Translations under genes and position numbers: made by a program
In this document: one piece after another, positions 17,178 through 26,557 of the stretch
Layout: every line of letters begins with the position of its first letter
How positions within the stretch are numbered: position 1 is the stretch's first letter
Virus record (IMG/VR): IMGVR_UViG_3300050821_002957
Coordinates: 15,192-79,191 of that record
Length of the DNA stretch: 64,000 nucleotides
Reading direction: 5' to 3' (one strand)
Source of the DNA: a virus
The notes under the pieces: model-generated
Told to the model about the DNA's origin: nothing
Seen by the model: only the letters and a program-made list of their open reading frames with translations
Database searches by the model: none

Positions 17178-19562
17178 TTAATCGAATGTTCCAACTACCT
17201 CTGAGAAGTCAACTCCCGTTCTGACAGCTACGAAATTAAGCTGAATGAAGTTGATCGAACGAGCAGGCTTGATATAGATGTCACCAACGAATTGGTTTGC
17301 ATCAATAACTGTCGGCGTGTTGTTTGTAGAGTCACAGACCACACGGAAGTCGTAGATACCACGCTGGCCTTCAACCTGACGAAGGTACGGCTCGACCATG
17401 CTGACGAATGATGCCTGAGTAAACTGATCGTTGAACTCAAACAACGTGAATTTCGCAGCAGTTGCAATTGCCTTTTCTAGCGTAATGAACAAGCGACGAA
17501 CGTTGATACGGTCGAATGCGCTTGGTTTCGCCAAGAATGTTTTGTCGCCGAAAAGAACAGTGCCAAGACCTGGGCTAGTGATAACCGGGTTGACCGACGA
17601 CTGATACAACAAGTCACGGTAGGCTTGACGAGGATTCCAAGCAAGGCGAACAACGTTCTGAATATTTCCACGGTTATAGCCAGCCGGGGACCACCAAGGA
17701 GCATTCGTCTTGTCTGTACGAGCACAAAGACCAGCGATGTCACCATTGAGCGGAACCCAACGGTAAATGTCATTGTACTGATCGTACTGATACTTCCAAC
17801 CGCTGTCCATGAATGCGTACGACGAATCAGGAAGCGTATTGGCGTAAGCAATAATGTCAGTTGCTTCGTTGCCAGCATTGTTCAAAACAGTCTCAAGCGG
17901 CGGCGACATGAAAGTCACACAGTCGAGACGGGATTCAGCAATGTCATTGATCAAGAATGTCGTGACCGTTGAATCATTGTCTGCGGCAAGAAGAAGCGTA
18001 ATGTCGATGTCTTCTGCGGACTGGAAGTAGGTGTAACCGTTAATGATGTCGCCATCAAGAATTGCTGCGTTACCATCTACACCACCAGAGAGCGGGATAG
18101 TCAGAGCGCCACCTGCCACAACACTGACAGTACCAGCAGCACTTGAAGATACGCCGGTTACAGAGTCAGTTGCTACGAAAGATCCAGAGACCGGAGCAAT
18201 TTCCAATTCAGGAGAAGCCCAAGAGATGACCTTACCAGAGATTGTCGAATAACCTGTACCAGCGGCAACGATAGTGTAAGAGACAACCTCAGTTGCCGTT
18301 CCACCAGTTCCAAGAACTGCTGTGATTGTTGCGCCAGAACCCGGTCCAGTGACATGAACAACAGGTGCAGCCGTGTATCCTGTACCAGCAGCCGTAGGTG
18401 TGACTGCGATAACTGCTCCACTGCCATTTACTGTGATCGATGCTGTTGCACCAGTGCCAGGAGATGTAATTGTGATTGTCGGTGCGGTTACAGTGTATGC
18501 GCCGGTGACCGTTACGTTGATGGCTGTTACTCCACCACCAGAAACAGTTGCGACTGCGCTCGAATAAGTTCCGTTTCCACCTACAACGGTGACGGTTGGA
18601 GCAGCAAGATAACCAGTACCAGGAGCAGTGACGGTTAAGGAAATAACTCCCGTTCCGCCGCCGACCAAAGCTGTACCAGTTGCGGTTGCGCCAGTGCCAG
18701 AAGGTGTGACGGTAACTGCTGCGGCGTCACGAACTGTTTCGCCAACTGTGAATGTTCCTGTGATGCCGGTCAAGGTCAACTTGGTGGACATCGTGTCATA
18801 ATCTACGGTTGCATCGCCGCCCCAATTTACTGCGGTCGAGATTCCCAAATCATCTTCAGACGGGAAATCCATCCACCAGATGTAATTGGATTGACGATTC
18901 AAAACTTCAGCATAGTAAATCGTGCTGCCATCTTCATATGTTGCAACTGCCGATTTTGACAAGAATGGAAAGCGCTCAAGAACCTGACCAGGAGTGCCGG
19001 TCCAATATCCGAGGCTGTCTACCGTTACGACGTGAATTTCGTCGTTCGATCCGCCGCCATTTGCAATGACTGTCGAAGTGTTTGGTGGTCCATCGAAGGA
19101 CGTTGCATATTGCCAATTTGCAAAGCTGTTAACGTCGGCCATCGAAACGGTGACGCTGTTTCCAGGTGTACCGGCGTACTTTGCTGCGAACTGTCCTACG
19201 TCACCTTGACCCATGCTATAGGTTGCAAGATAAGTGTCTTCGTTGTCGATCAGCAAACCAGTGCCATCGGCGGTCGCATTTTTATGTGCGCCCTCACCTG
19301 TTGCACGAATTACACGAACCGTTTGGAGTGCATTTGCATAAGCCAAGAAGTTGTAACAAGTGAACCAAGTGTTTGCCGTCTCATTGTCTGGATTACCGAA
19401 TTCGGAAATGAGCGTAATTGCGCTATCGATTAACTGAGGCTTGTTAGCGGGTCCCCATTGAAATTTTCCAGCGATTGCACCGATTGTCGTCGCAACAGCG
19501 GGTACAATAGTGGTCAGGTCGATTTCGGTTACGCTTACGCCTGGACTGAGTTGAAATCCCAT
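17178..19562 (-). CDS. 18: tail sheath protein, T4 gp18 family
   Basis: The N-terminus LSPGV...AGKFQWGPA and the C-terminus WVPL..DIAGLCARTD...WMSPAGYNRG...DRINVRRLF...YEFRVVCD.TNNTP.VID.N.FV....I.PARSINFI.LNFVA are near-identical in pattern to T4 gp18. Confidence 0.9.
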   Translation of the reverse strand: MGFQLSPGVSVTEIDLTTIVPAVATTIGAIAGKFQWGPANKPQLIDSAITLISEFGNPDNETANTWFTCYNFLAYANALQTVRVIRATGEGAHKNATADGTGLLIDNEDTYLATYSMGQGDVGQFAAKYAGTPGNSVTVSMADVNSFANWQYATSFDGPPNTSTVIANGGGSNDEIHVVTVDSLGYWTGTPGQVLERFPFLSKSAVATYEDGSTIYYAEVLNRQSNYIWWMDFPSEDDLGISTAVNWGGDATVDYDTMSTKLTLTGITGTFTVGETVRDAAAVTVTPSGTGATATGTALVGGGTGVISLTVTAPGTGYLAAPTVTVVGGNGTYSSAVATVSGGGVTAINVTVTGAYTVTAPTITITSPGTGATASITVNGSGAVIAVTPTAAGTGYTAAPVVHVTGPGSGATITAVLGTGGTATEVVSYTIVAAGTGYSTISGKVISWASPELEIAPVSGSFVATDSVTGVSSSAAGTVSVVAGGALTIPLSGGVDGNAAILDGDIINGYTYFQSAEDIDITLLLAADNDSTVTTFLINDIAESRLDCVTFMSPPLETVLNNAGNEATDIIAYANTLPDSSYAFMDSGWKYQYDQYNDIYRWVPLNGDIAGLCARTDKTNAPWWSPAGYNRGNIQNVVRLAWNPRQAYRDLLYQSSVNPVITSPGLGTVLFGDKTFLAKPSAFDRINVRRLFITLEKAIATAAKFTLFEFNDQFTQASFVSMVEPYLRQVEGQRGIYDFRVVCDSTNNTPTVIDANQFVGDIYIKPARSINFIQLNFVAVRTGVDFSEVVGTFD

Positions 19563-19614
19563 GTAATTTGTTCTCCTTCGATTGGTTCTTTATCCAAAAG
19601 GCTTCTCAACCTAT

Positions 19615-20127
19615 TTAGAGGTTTGAAGCATTTGCGGTGACAGCTATATTGGTGGAAACCAAAATTTGAGCGAACTCCAACAATTCGTTGTGAGTGTTCT
19701 CTCCTTTTGCTGAGTTATAAATCCAAACCACAAGTCTGACGTTTGTTTTTGTATATCCTTTTGCCGGATCTTCACGATCAAGCGATGGAGCATATTTATT
19801 CTTTGCTGTCGCCGCTGACTCAAAATCAAAAGCTATGCCAGTCACGTCACACTTACCAGCTTGAAGTTTGGGTAGAAGCCACTCGAATGTAAGATCAAAT
19901 GGAACTCCAATTTTCTTAGCTCGACTTTCTGCGTTATACAATAATCGTTTTGCCCTTCGGTCCAAAGATGTCAAATTTACTCTTTTCAATTTTTTATATG
20001 AAGGTTGACTTCTTTTTGACAAACGGAAGGCTTCCATTTCAACTTCTGTCACTGGTAAACCCTTCCGCAGCTTTACTCCGGTAGAATATTCAGATTTTCC
20101 TTTATAGGGTTTACATTTGCGTATCAT
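19615..20127 (-). CDS. HNH-family homing endonuclease (paralogue of 13254-13721) inserted between the terminase and sheath genes
   Basis: KYAPSLDREDPAKGYTKTNVRLVVWIYN motif. Confidence 0.55.
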   Translation of the reverse strand: MIRKCKPYKGKSEYSTGVKLRKGLPVTEVEMEAFRLSKRSQPSYKKLKRVNLTSLDRRAKRLLYNAESRAKKIGVPFDLTFEWLLPKLQAGKCDVTGIAFDFESAATAKNKYAPSLDREDPAKGYTKTNVRLVVWIYNSAKGENTHNELLEFAQILVSTNIAVTANASNL

Positions 20128-21803
20128 AACCTTGGACCCCAGTTAGTATCTGGCTCGTCAAATGCCGAAGAGATGAAGCCAAAAGGAACAATGTCTTCTT
20201 CGAGTGCAGCATTATAATCACGTTTTAATTGGCTATACACATCGGTATCAGTCAACTCTTTAAAGTACTTCTGATTGACCAACCATCCAAAATTCACTAG
20301 ACACATTGCCAAGTCATCATGCTTACCTTCTTCAGCAGCGTATGAATTCCGCACCGAAATAAACGATGTCAACTCTTGAATGATCTGGTAATCATAAACG
20401 AGCAGCTTGTCCGCTTCGATCAACGTCTTCAAGTTGCCGCAGCCAATTCGTTTGGTTCCCTTGTTCGAGCGAAGACCAAACTCTACATTCTTAGTGAAGC
20501 CGCCGCCGACCTGAGTACCTTTTCCCTTCGTCGTCGTCGTAATAATATTCTCGTACTCCTGTTCCATCTGGAGTGACTTCGCAACGTCATTGTCGTTTGT
20601 CTCAACCATCACGTATGCGCTATTGTATTTAGTCGCTGCCTGAGCTATTACATCCGGGAACAACATGGGGGTAATCTTGTCGGACTGATACTTCGCCACA
20701 ACCTGATAAGGCATAGTTGTGATGTCAAAAATGATGAAAGCCGAAGCGTCCAATTCCTTTCCGCCTGCCACGTCCGCTGTCAGAACGTACTGATGTCCAT
20801 TGGCTGGTGGAGTGTGAACATCCAGCTTTGCTTCTGAACCATCTATAAACTGCGAATAACGAAGTTGAATGGTGCCTAATGGTGACTTCCATGTCTTCAT
20901 CATCAATTCCAATTTGTTATGATCGATGAGAGTGTTGCTTGAACCAATAAATTCGCATTCAAACTCTTGGCGGAATTGAGAATCGCTGGTCAAAGAAATT
21001 GTTTTCTGTTTCCATTTTTGGTCACGCAGTCCAGTGCCGTCAGGTTTGGGAACCATACTCCAATGAATGGCGAACGGTTCATAACCATTCCATTTGATTT
21101 GTGGATCGGGTGAGTTTCGAGGATTATTTGCCTGCGTCCACATGGCGTGAAACATGTTCATACCATTTGGTGTCGAGACGATGATGACCTTTGTGGTTTC
21201 ACCAGACGAAATTGTCGGATAGACCGATTTGAAGAAGTCATCGGCAATGTGCGCCGGAACGAATGCGAACTCATCAAGGAAGATCAGGTTGAAAGCGTTA
21301 CCACGTATTGCATCGGATGCTGTGGACGATGCCATGATCTTGCATCCGTTCTCAAGTTCGATGTTTCCTTTGTTCCATTCAATGACGCCCTGCTGCATCC
21401 ACTTCGGAATTCCCATGTACGATTTCTTGAGATCGCTGAGGAGCTTCTGGGCTGTCTTGTATTTGTTTGCCAGGATTGCTATGTTCTGCTGCTCTTTGAA
21501 TAAGATGGTCCAGAGTAAGAACGCACAAGTAGTAATTGACTTTCCTACCTGACGAGGACACTTGACGATGTTGAATCGGTTATGGACAAACTTAAGAACC
21601 ATCTTCTCTTGAAAGTCGTACAACTCGAAAGGAATCTCGCCTCGATCTACGTTCACGATCTTGACGTAATGTTTGATGAAGTAAATTGGATCTTCCGAAC
21701 ACTTCTGATATTCTGTTAGCTGCTGTAATGTAAACTGCTGACTGACGCCTTCTGCCTTGAGCTTCGGATTTCCAAGGTAAGACGTTGAGGTACTTCTAGG
21801 CAT
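20124..21803 (-). CDS. 17: terminase large subunit, T4 gp17 family
   Basis: Walker A CPRQVGKSIT; GVIEWNKGNIELENGC corresponds to T4 gp17 GIVEWNKGSIELDNGS; the nuclease-domain motifs (DxxxGxGxDxxA, EEGxHDD) align. Confidence 0.9.
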   Translation of the reverse strand: MPRSTSTSYLGNPKLKAEGVSQQFTLQQLTEYQKCSEDPIYFIKHYVKIVNVDRGEIPFELYDFQEKMVLKFVHNRFNIVKCPRQVGKSITTCAFLLWTILFKEQQNIAILANKYKTAQKLLSDLKKSYMGIPKWMQQGVIEWNKGNIELENGCKIMASSTASDAIRGNAFNLIFLDEFAFVPAHIADDFFKSVYPTISSGETTKVIIVSTPNGMNMFHAMWTQANNPRNSPDPQIKWNGYEPFAIHWSMVPKPDGTGLRDQKWKQKTISLTSDSQFRQEFECEFIGSSNTLIDHNKLELMMKTWKSPLGTIQLRYSQFIDGSEAKLDVHTPPANGHQYVLTADVAGGKELDASAFIIFDITTMPYQVVAKYQSDKITPMLFPDVIAQAATKYNSAYVMVETNDNDVAKSLQMEQEYENIITTTTKGKGTQVGGGFTKNVEFGLRSNKGTKRIGCGNLKTLIEADKLLVYDYQIIQELTSFISVRNSYAAEEGKHDDLAMCLVNFGWLVNQKYFKELTDTDVYSQLKRDYNAALEEDIVPFGFISSAFDEPDTNWGPRL

Positions 21804-21808
21804 GTTTT

Positions 21809-21846
21809 CTCCACTTCGTAAACTGTTGATTATTTAGGAAGTGGAG
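21809..21846 (-). promoter_or_regulatory. 10-bp inverted repeat whose loop holds the late CTAAATA motif and whose 3' arm supplies the terminase gene's Shine-Dalgarno sequence
   Basis: TCTCCACTTC (21809-21818) and GAAGTGGAGA (21837-21846) are perfect complements; tatttag at 21831-21837; the minus-strand RNA would read ...CTAAATAATCAACAGTTTACGAAGTGGAGAAAACATG. Confidence 0.4.
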
Positions 21847-21887
21847 AATTTTGCCGTCTATATTTTGACCGTTTTGATATGCGGGAA

Positions 21888-22508
21888 CTACGGTTTTACA
21901 AGTTCGATGAGAGCGATCTGAACTTTAAAAGATGAGGTCGCCGCCGTTGTGAGTGCCGTCAACTCAACAAGATTACTTACAGTCGAATTGAACGCACTCG
22001 TGTTACATCTGTTGTTAAACACAAAATCACTACTGCAAAATCCTGTGGAAACCGGGCCGGATGACAAAGTTTGGAAACTTCCAATGCCATTAGCTGAACT
22101 GCCAATCGATGTTACTGTGACTACAGATTCAATTTTGAACGGCGCTCCCCCAGTAAAACTATTCAACGGCAAAATTCCTGAGTCAACAATCACAGATCCG
22201 GTCAGCGTGGTAGGTCCGATTCTAAGTTTGAATTGAAAGCTATCAGTGTTGACGATGGTAATAGCTTCACCATGTGCTGTGATGCGATAGGTTGTGCCTA
22301 CTTGAAACGTATTGGCCGGAACTGTTGTTGAGAGAACTGAAATCTCCGAATTGGTAACAGTTACAGGCGTCGTGAGTGTGGCTTGACCGGGAAATGATGA
22401 AGCTGGTGTCCATTGTGAAGTGGTAGAATTCCATACCAAAGACTGTTTATTGACCGGAGCAGTTGGTGCTACTGCATTTCCTTGAAGACCAGTAATTGTA
22501 ATATCCAT
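21888..22508 (-). CDS. Thr/Ser-rich fibre-like structural protein
   Basis: 206 aa, beta-rich composition, co-oriented in the fibre block; CTAAATA motif upstream. Confidence 0.45.
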   Translation of the reverse strand: MDITITGLQGNAVAPTAPVNKQSLVWNSTTSQWTPASSFPGQATLTTPVTVTNSEISVLSTTVPANTFQVGTTYRITAHGEAITIVNTDSFQFKLRIGPTTLTGSVIVDSGILPLNSFTGGAPFKIESVVTVTSIGSSANGIGSFQTLSSGPVSTGFCSSDFVFNNRCNTSAFNSTVSNLVELTALTTAATSSFKVQIALIELVKP

Positions 22509-22533
22509 GTTTCCTCCTAAATTGCCTTAATAT

Positions 22534-23862
22534 TTAGATGTCAGTCTGAATTTGCGTGAGGCGATAAAGGTTCGTGCCGTCACAATAAAAGGCTTGAATA
22601 TTATGTTTTGATGCAGCCACGCCGACGTTCGTTCCGCCGCCGAAAACATTTCCCGGCCACGTCAGTGCATAGTTGGTTGTCGTGCCATCATGGATGAAAT
22701 CGAACACGACCATTTGTCCTGTACCGAGACCCGATAATGCAATAGTCGTTGCCGATGTAATGGTCATCTGCTGAATCGATCCGAGAGTCAAATTGAAAGT
22801 TGGCGTAGCGCTCGAAGAAACTACGTTGATGTTATGGAATACTGCGCCGATTCCTGCGTTGCCTGCGCCATCACGAAGAACAATTTCTGATGCAACTGCT
22901 GAGGGAGTTGCATTATTTGCAAGTGTGACACCATCAGCAACAACGGAGGCTCCAAGGCCACCCACTGAAACAATTATAGGATTAGGATAATTAGAACCTA
23001 AATCGCCACCTGCTCCACCGCTAGGAGAAACACCAGAAATTGCGACTGCCGATGCTGCTGTAATTCGACCCTTTGCATCTACTGTAATATGAGCTACATG
23101 AGTGGCGTCACCGTAAGTATTTGCGGTCACACCTGATGCTGAAAGAGTAGTGACCATACCAGACGAAGTGACATCACCAGTCAAATTTCCAGTGATGGTT
23201 GCTGCTGATCCATTGCAATTTCCAGTTACGTTTCCGATGAACGATGCTGTAATGACGTTCGCCGAGAAGTTACCCGAAGAATCACGTTTGACAATGGTGC
23301 TGGCGGTTGCTGAGTTTGTCGCATTGTTTGTCAACGAAGTCGCATTGGCAATGTTCGATGCCGTCTGTCCACCTACTGTGACAACTGACGGACTAGGATA
23401 GTTTGATCCAAGATCGCCTGATGCTGCACCAGCCGGAACAACACCAGCAATAGTAACCGGCGAAATCGAAGTGATCAATCCTTGAGCATTGACAGCAATT
23501 ACAGCGGATTGAGTTGCTGAACCTACTGTGCCTGCGCCCGAGGTATTGTTATTTGCCAATGAGACCGTAGTTCTGTTGTTCGGTGTGTCGTTGGATGCCG
23601 TAAATAAATTTGAAAGGTTAAGGATTGGCTGGACGGTTTGCAGTGTACCAGCGATTTCTAAACTCTGATACCCAAGACCAGAGACATCGGTTTCTACGTG
23701 AGTATGACCAACTTTGGAAAGATAATGACCACCATTTGTAGAACCATCTTGGACAGAAATCGTATACTGCGTCGTATCAATTAATAATTCGCCGTTTTGT
23801 CCTGCGTATGTAGAAAGTTGGGTGGTTGTTCCACGCCGAAATTGGAGTACTGTTGATGACAT
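22534..23862 (-). CDS. tail fibre protein (family A: FRRGTT...DT...DG.T.GG N-terminus)
   Basis: N-terminal motif shared with the proteins encoded at 23897-25558 and 42621-43043; GDLGSNYPxP and GVTANTYGDATHVAHITVDAKGRITAA fibre motifs. Confidence 0.6.
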   Translation of the reverse strand: MSSTVLQFRRGTTTQLSTYAGQNGELLIDTTQYTISVQDGSTNGGHYLSKVGHTHVETDVSGLGYQSLEIAGTLQTVQPILNLSNLFTASNDTPNNRTTVSLANNNTSGAGTVGSATQSAVIAVNAQGLITSISPVTIAGVVPAGAASGDLGSNYPSPSVVTVGGQTASNIANATSLTNNATNSATASTIVKRDSSGNFSANVITASFIGNVTGNCNGSAATITGNLTGDVTSSGMVTTLSASGVTANTYGDATHVAHITVDAKGRITAASAVAISGVSPSGGAGGDLGSNYPNPIIVSVGGLGASVVADGVTLANNATPSAVASEIVLRDGAGNAGIGAVFHNINVVSSSATPTFNLTLGSIQQMTITSATTIALSGLGTGQMVVFDFIHDGTTTNYALTWPGNVFGGGTNVGVAASKHNIQAFYCDGTNLYRLTQIQTDI

Positions 23863-23896
23863 TGTTCCTCTTCGTCAAATATATAGGCCATTCGTT

Positions 23897-25558
23897 TTAA
23901 GGAACAGTGCCCAAATCCGTGACGAATGCAAGAGTGACGTTATTCCCTGCGCCGCCATCTGTCAACGTAAGTCCAGACCCAACTGCAAGAACACGTTCGC
24001 CGGTCAAAGAACCATTCGTTGCCAAAGTCACATACTGTGCTGTTGTAGGTGCGCCACCGCCTCCACCAGATGCCGACAGAGTGATGTCTACTCGATTTGC
24101 TCCAGAATTATCAGTGATAGTTTGTGTGATTCCGCTTCCAGCGATGAAATTCAAATATGAGCGAGTGCCGACTGCCGAGCCAGCGTTCAAAATGTTTACT
24201 TGTTCATAGGTCGAATCTGGCGTCATTCCAATGGTAACGTTTCCTGCAACACCATCTCCGTTTGTGATTGAGATGCCTGTGCCGGGATTGAGAACTCTGG
24301 AAATGTACGATCCTGATCCGGTACGAACTGCAAAGCCATTTGTCACGATAGACGCAATGGACGACAAATTAGGATTTGAAACTTGGTAGACCGTATTTGT
24401 AGTGGCCGTAATGCGTCCATAAGCGTCCACAGTGAAGTTTCCATACGTTCCTGGGGTCAAACCACCGATGGTCGCTAAATCAACGCCACTGCTGCCTACA
24501 GCGATGCGGCTAGAACTTACCGTCTGGACGCTTACTGTGCTGCCAGAGACAGTAATACCATTTCCAGCGGTAACCGATCCGCCGCCACTAGAAAATGCGA
24601 CGAAGCTCAAATTCGTTGTTCCGAGAGTGATTGTTCCTGTTGTTGCCAAGACAAAACCGACATCCGCATTAACTGTACCTGAAGTAACTAGGACAAATAA
24701 TCCTGGCGAAACTTCAGCGGAACTGTTTGCATCCAACGAACGAGTCATTGGGGTGGACGCTCCGTTGAAAATGTAAATTCCGTTCGTTGTCTGATCTGTC
24801 TGATTTTTGACAAGTACTCGGTCGCCATTGTTTAGACTGACCGAATCGATTGTCGTACCAGGAGCCGTCAAATTAACATTGGCTGTCGTTGCTACTCGAC
24901 AAGCATCTTTAAACGTCAAGCCGGTTGCTGTAGCATCGACATACTCTTTTGTTGCTGCATCTGTTGCTGAAACTGGATCAGCCAAATTAATGATTTTGTG
25001 CCCATTCAAACTTACGTCTGCACTTGGTGCTGTAAGTTGATCCAATCGAGTTGACTGAACCGCAGCAGCAAATCCTGTTACCTGGGATGTTGTGATGTTT
25101 GGAATATCGCCAGCACTCAACAAAGTTGCCGATGTGACACGCCCGACCGAATTTACTGTAAGTTTGGTGTACGTGCCGCCTGTTACACCAGAAGGAGACA
25201 AGTCAATAGAAGTTCTGTTTCCTGCACCATCATCAGTGACAGAGAAATTTGCTGAGACGTTCAAAATTCCACGTTGAGTCTGTGGGGTGCCGTTAGCCTG
25301 AACCGTTTGATACTCTACCGTTCCACCAGTGATTCCGTCCAATTTTGTCTTATCTGCTGCCGACAAAAAACCTGCGGTACTGTCAGTTGCATTTGGGTGA
25401 GTATGATCAAAACGAGACATTGCCCAACCACCGGCAGTCGTTCCGTCATGGACCCGAACTACTTGGGCTGTCGTATCAACTGTGACTTCACCGACTTTTC
25501 CTGTGAAGGATGTGTGTTGAGAAGTAGTTCCTCTACGAAATTGTATTCCGATTCCCAT
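23897..25558 (-). CDS. tail fibre protein (family A)
   Basis: MGIGIQFRRGTTSQHTSFTG..GEVTVDTT...HDGTTAGG; FLSAADKTKLDGI; TPGTYGNFTVDAYGRITATT. Confidence 0.6.
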   Translation of the reverse strand: MGIGIQFRRGTTSQHTSFTGKVGEVTVDTTAQVVRVHDGTTAGGWAMSRFDHTHPNATDSTAGFLSAADKTKLDGITGGTVEYQTVQANGTPQTQRGILNVSANFSVTDDGAGNRTSIDLSPSGVTGGTYTKLTVNSVGRVTSATLLSAGDIPNITTSQVTGFAAAVQSTRLDQLTAPSADVSLNGHKIINLADPVSATDAATKEYVDATATGLTFKDACRVATTANVNLTAPGTTIDSVSLNNGDRVLVKNQTDQTTNGIYIFNGASTPMTRSLDANSSAEVSPGLFVLVTSGTVNADVGFVLATTGTITLGTTNLSFVAFSSGGGSVTAGNGITVSGSTVSVQTVSSSRIAVGSSGVDLATIGGLTPGTYGNFTVDAYGRITATTNTVYQVSNPNLSSIASIVTNGFAVRTGSGSYISRVLNPGTGISITNGDGVAGNVTIGMTPDSTYEQVNILNAGSAVGTRSYLNFIAGSGITQTITDNSGANRVDITLSASGGGGGAPTTAQYVTLATNGSLTGERVLAVGSGLTLTDGGAGNNVTLAFVTDLGTVP

Positions 25559-26535
25559 TAGCTTAAATCTCCATAATCAAGGATCAAATCAGCGCTTCCT
25601 GTAAAGCTGAATGATGTTCCATTTGTCACGAGGTAAGACAAGAAACCATCAAAACCGCCCGAGCGAACCGATGCCCCACTGATATAGTTGTAATTGGTTG
25701 CTGTTCCGAGGTACGTATTGCTGCCATTTATGGTCGCCAAGGCAATATCAAAATTTTTGTCCGTCGCAGAAGTACACGCTGTAGTTACCAAAAGACGATA
25801 CCAACCGCCACTCACCGGAACGATAGAAGCATTTGCCAAAGCACCTATTGTGCCAAGCAAACCATTTTCAATATCAAACCACGCCCAACGATGTTCTGAA
25901 CCTGCAAGATTCTGCCCGATCAACATATATTGGACAGAATTGTACTTGGCATAGACTGAGAACGTATAGGTGTTGCCGATGACCAAATTATCAGGTGTAG
26001 CAGAAACCATGTTGATTCCGCTCGAAGTTCCTTCAAGCATCTTTGTTCCTGGAGACCCATTCGGAAGAGAACCAGAAGTAGTCGGTACAGTAACACCGCT
26101 TGCCTTACTCCAATAGCTTTGAGTGAAATCCTCGCTCCATTCCAACAAATTTTCATTCGTCGCAAATCCAGTGAAATTCGCCTGTGTCAAAAATGAGCCG
26201 ACACTTTCAATTTCCGCCGATACTTGGTTGTGTTGATATGAAAGAATATAGCCGAAGACATTGGTTGCGCTAGTATGAGACGCTGCGGTCGATCCAGCGA
26301 ATCCACGGACACAACTAGTGAAGTTATTGCTGGACGTGCTTTGTGCCAGAATGATTTCACTGTCGATCACAATAAGACAAGGTGTGTTGAAACTAGCCAC
26401 CGATGTTACACCAATGGTCGTGTCACCTGTTCCGATATTTGCAGTAAGCGTTGTTTCGGCATTGTCGCTGGCAACGCTCAGAATGGTGTCATTCGGGACC
26501 ACGTAAGGGAATGCAGGAGTATTTGGATTAGACAT
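25558..26535 (-). CDS. tail fibre protein (family E N-terminal domain shared with 39267-40328)
   Basis: PCLIVIDSEIILAQS...CVRGFAGSTAASH...GYILSYQHNQV parallels CLVQIDTEIILVGS...CTRGYNLTSPTSH...GYVLAYHHNQI. Confidence 0.55.
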   Translation of the reverse strand: MSNPNTPAFPYVVPNDTILSVASDNAETTLTANIGTGDTTIGVTSVASFNTPCLIVIDSEIILAQSTSSNNFTSCVRGFAGSTAASHTSATNVFGYILSYQHNQVSAEIESVGSFLTQANFTGFATNENLLEWSEDFTQSYWSKASGVTVPTTSGSLPNGSPGTKMLEGTSSGINMVSATPDNLVIGNTYTFSVYAKYNSVQYMLIGQNLAGSEHRWAWFDIENGLLGTIGALANASIVPVSGGWYRLLVTTACTSATDKNFDIALATINGSNTYLGTATNYNYISGASVRSGGFDGFLSYLVTNGTSFSFTGSADLILDYGDLS

Positions 26536-26557
26536 ATGCGTTTGTATTTAGTACACT

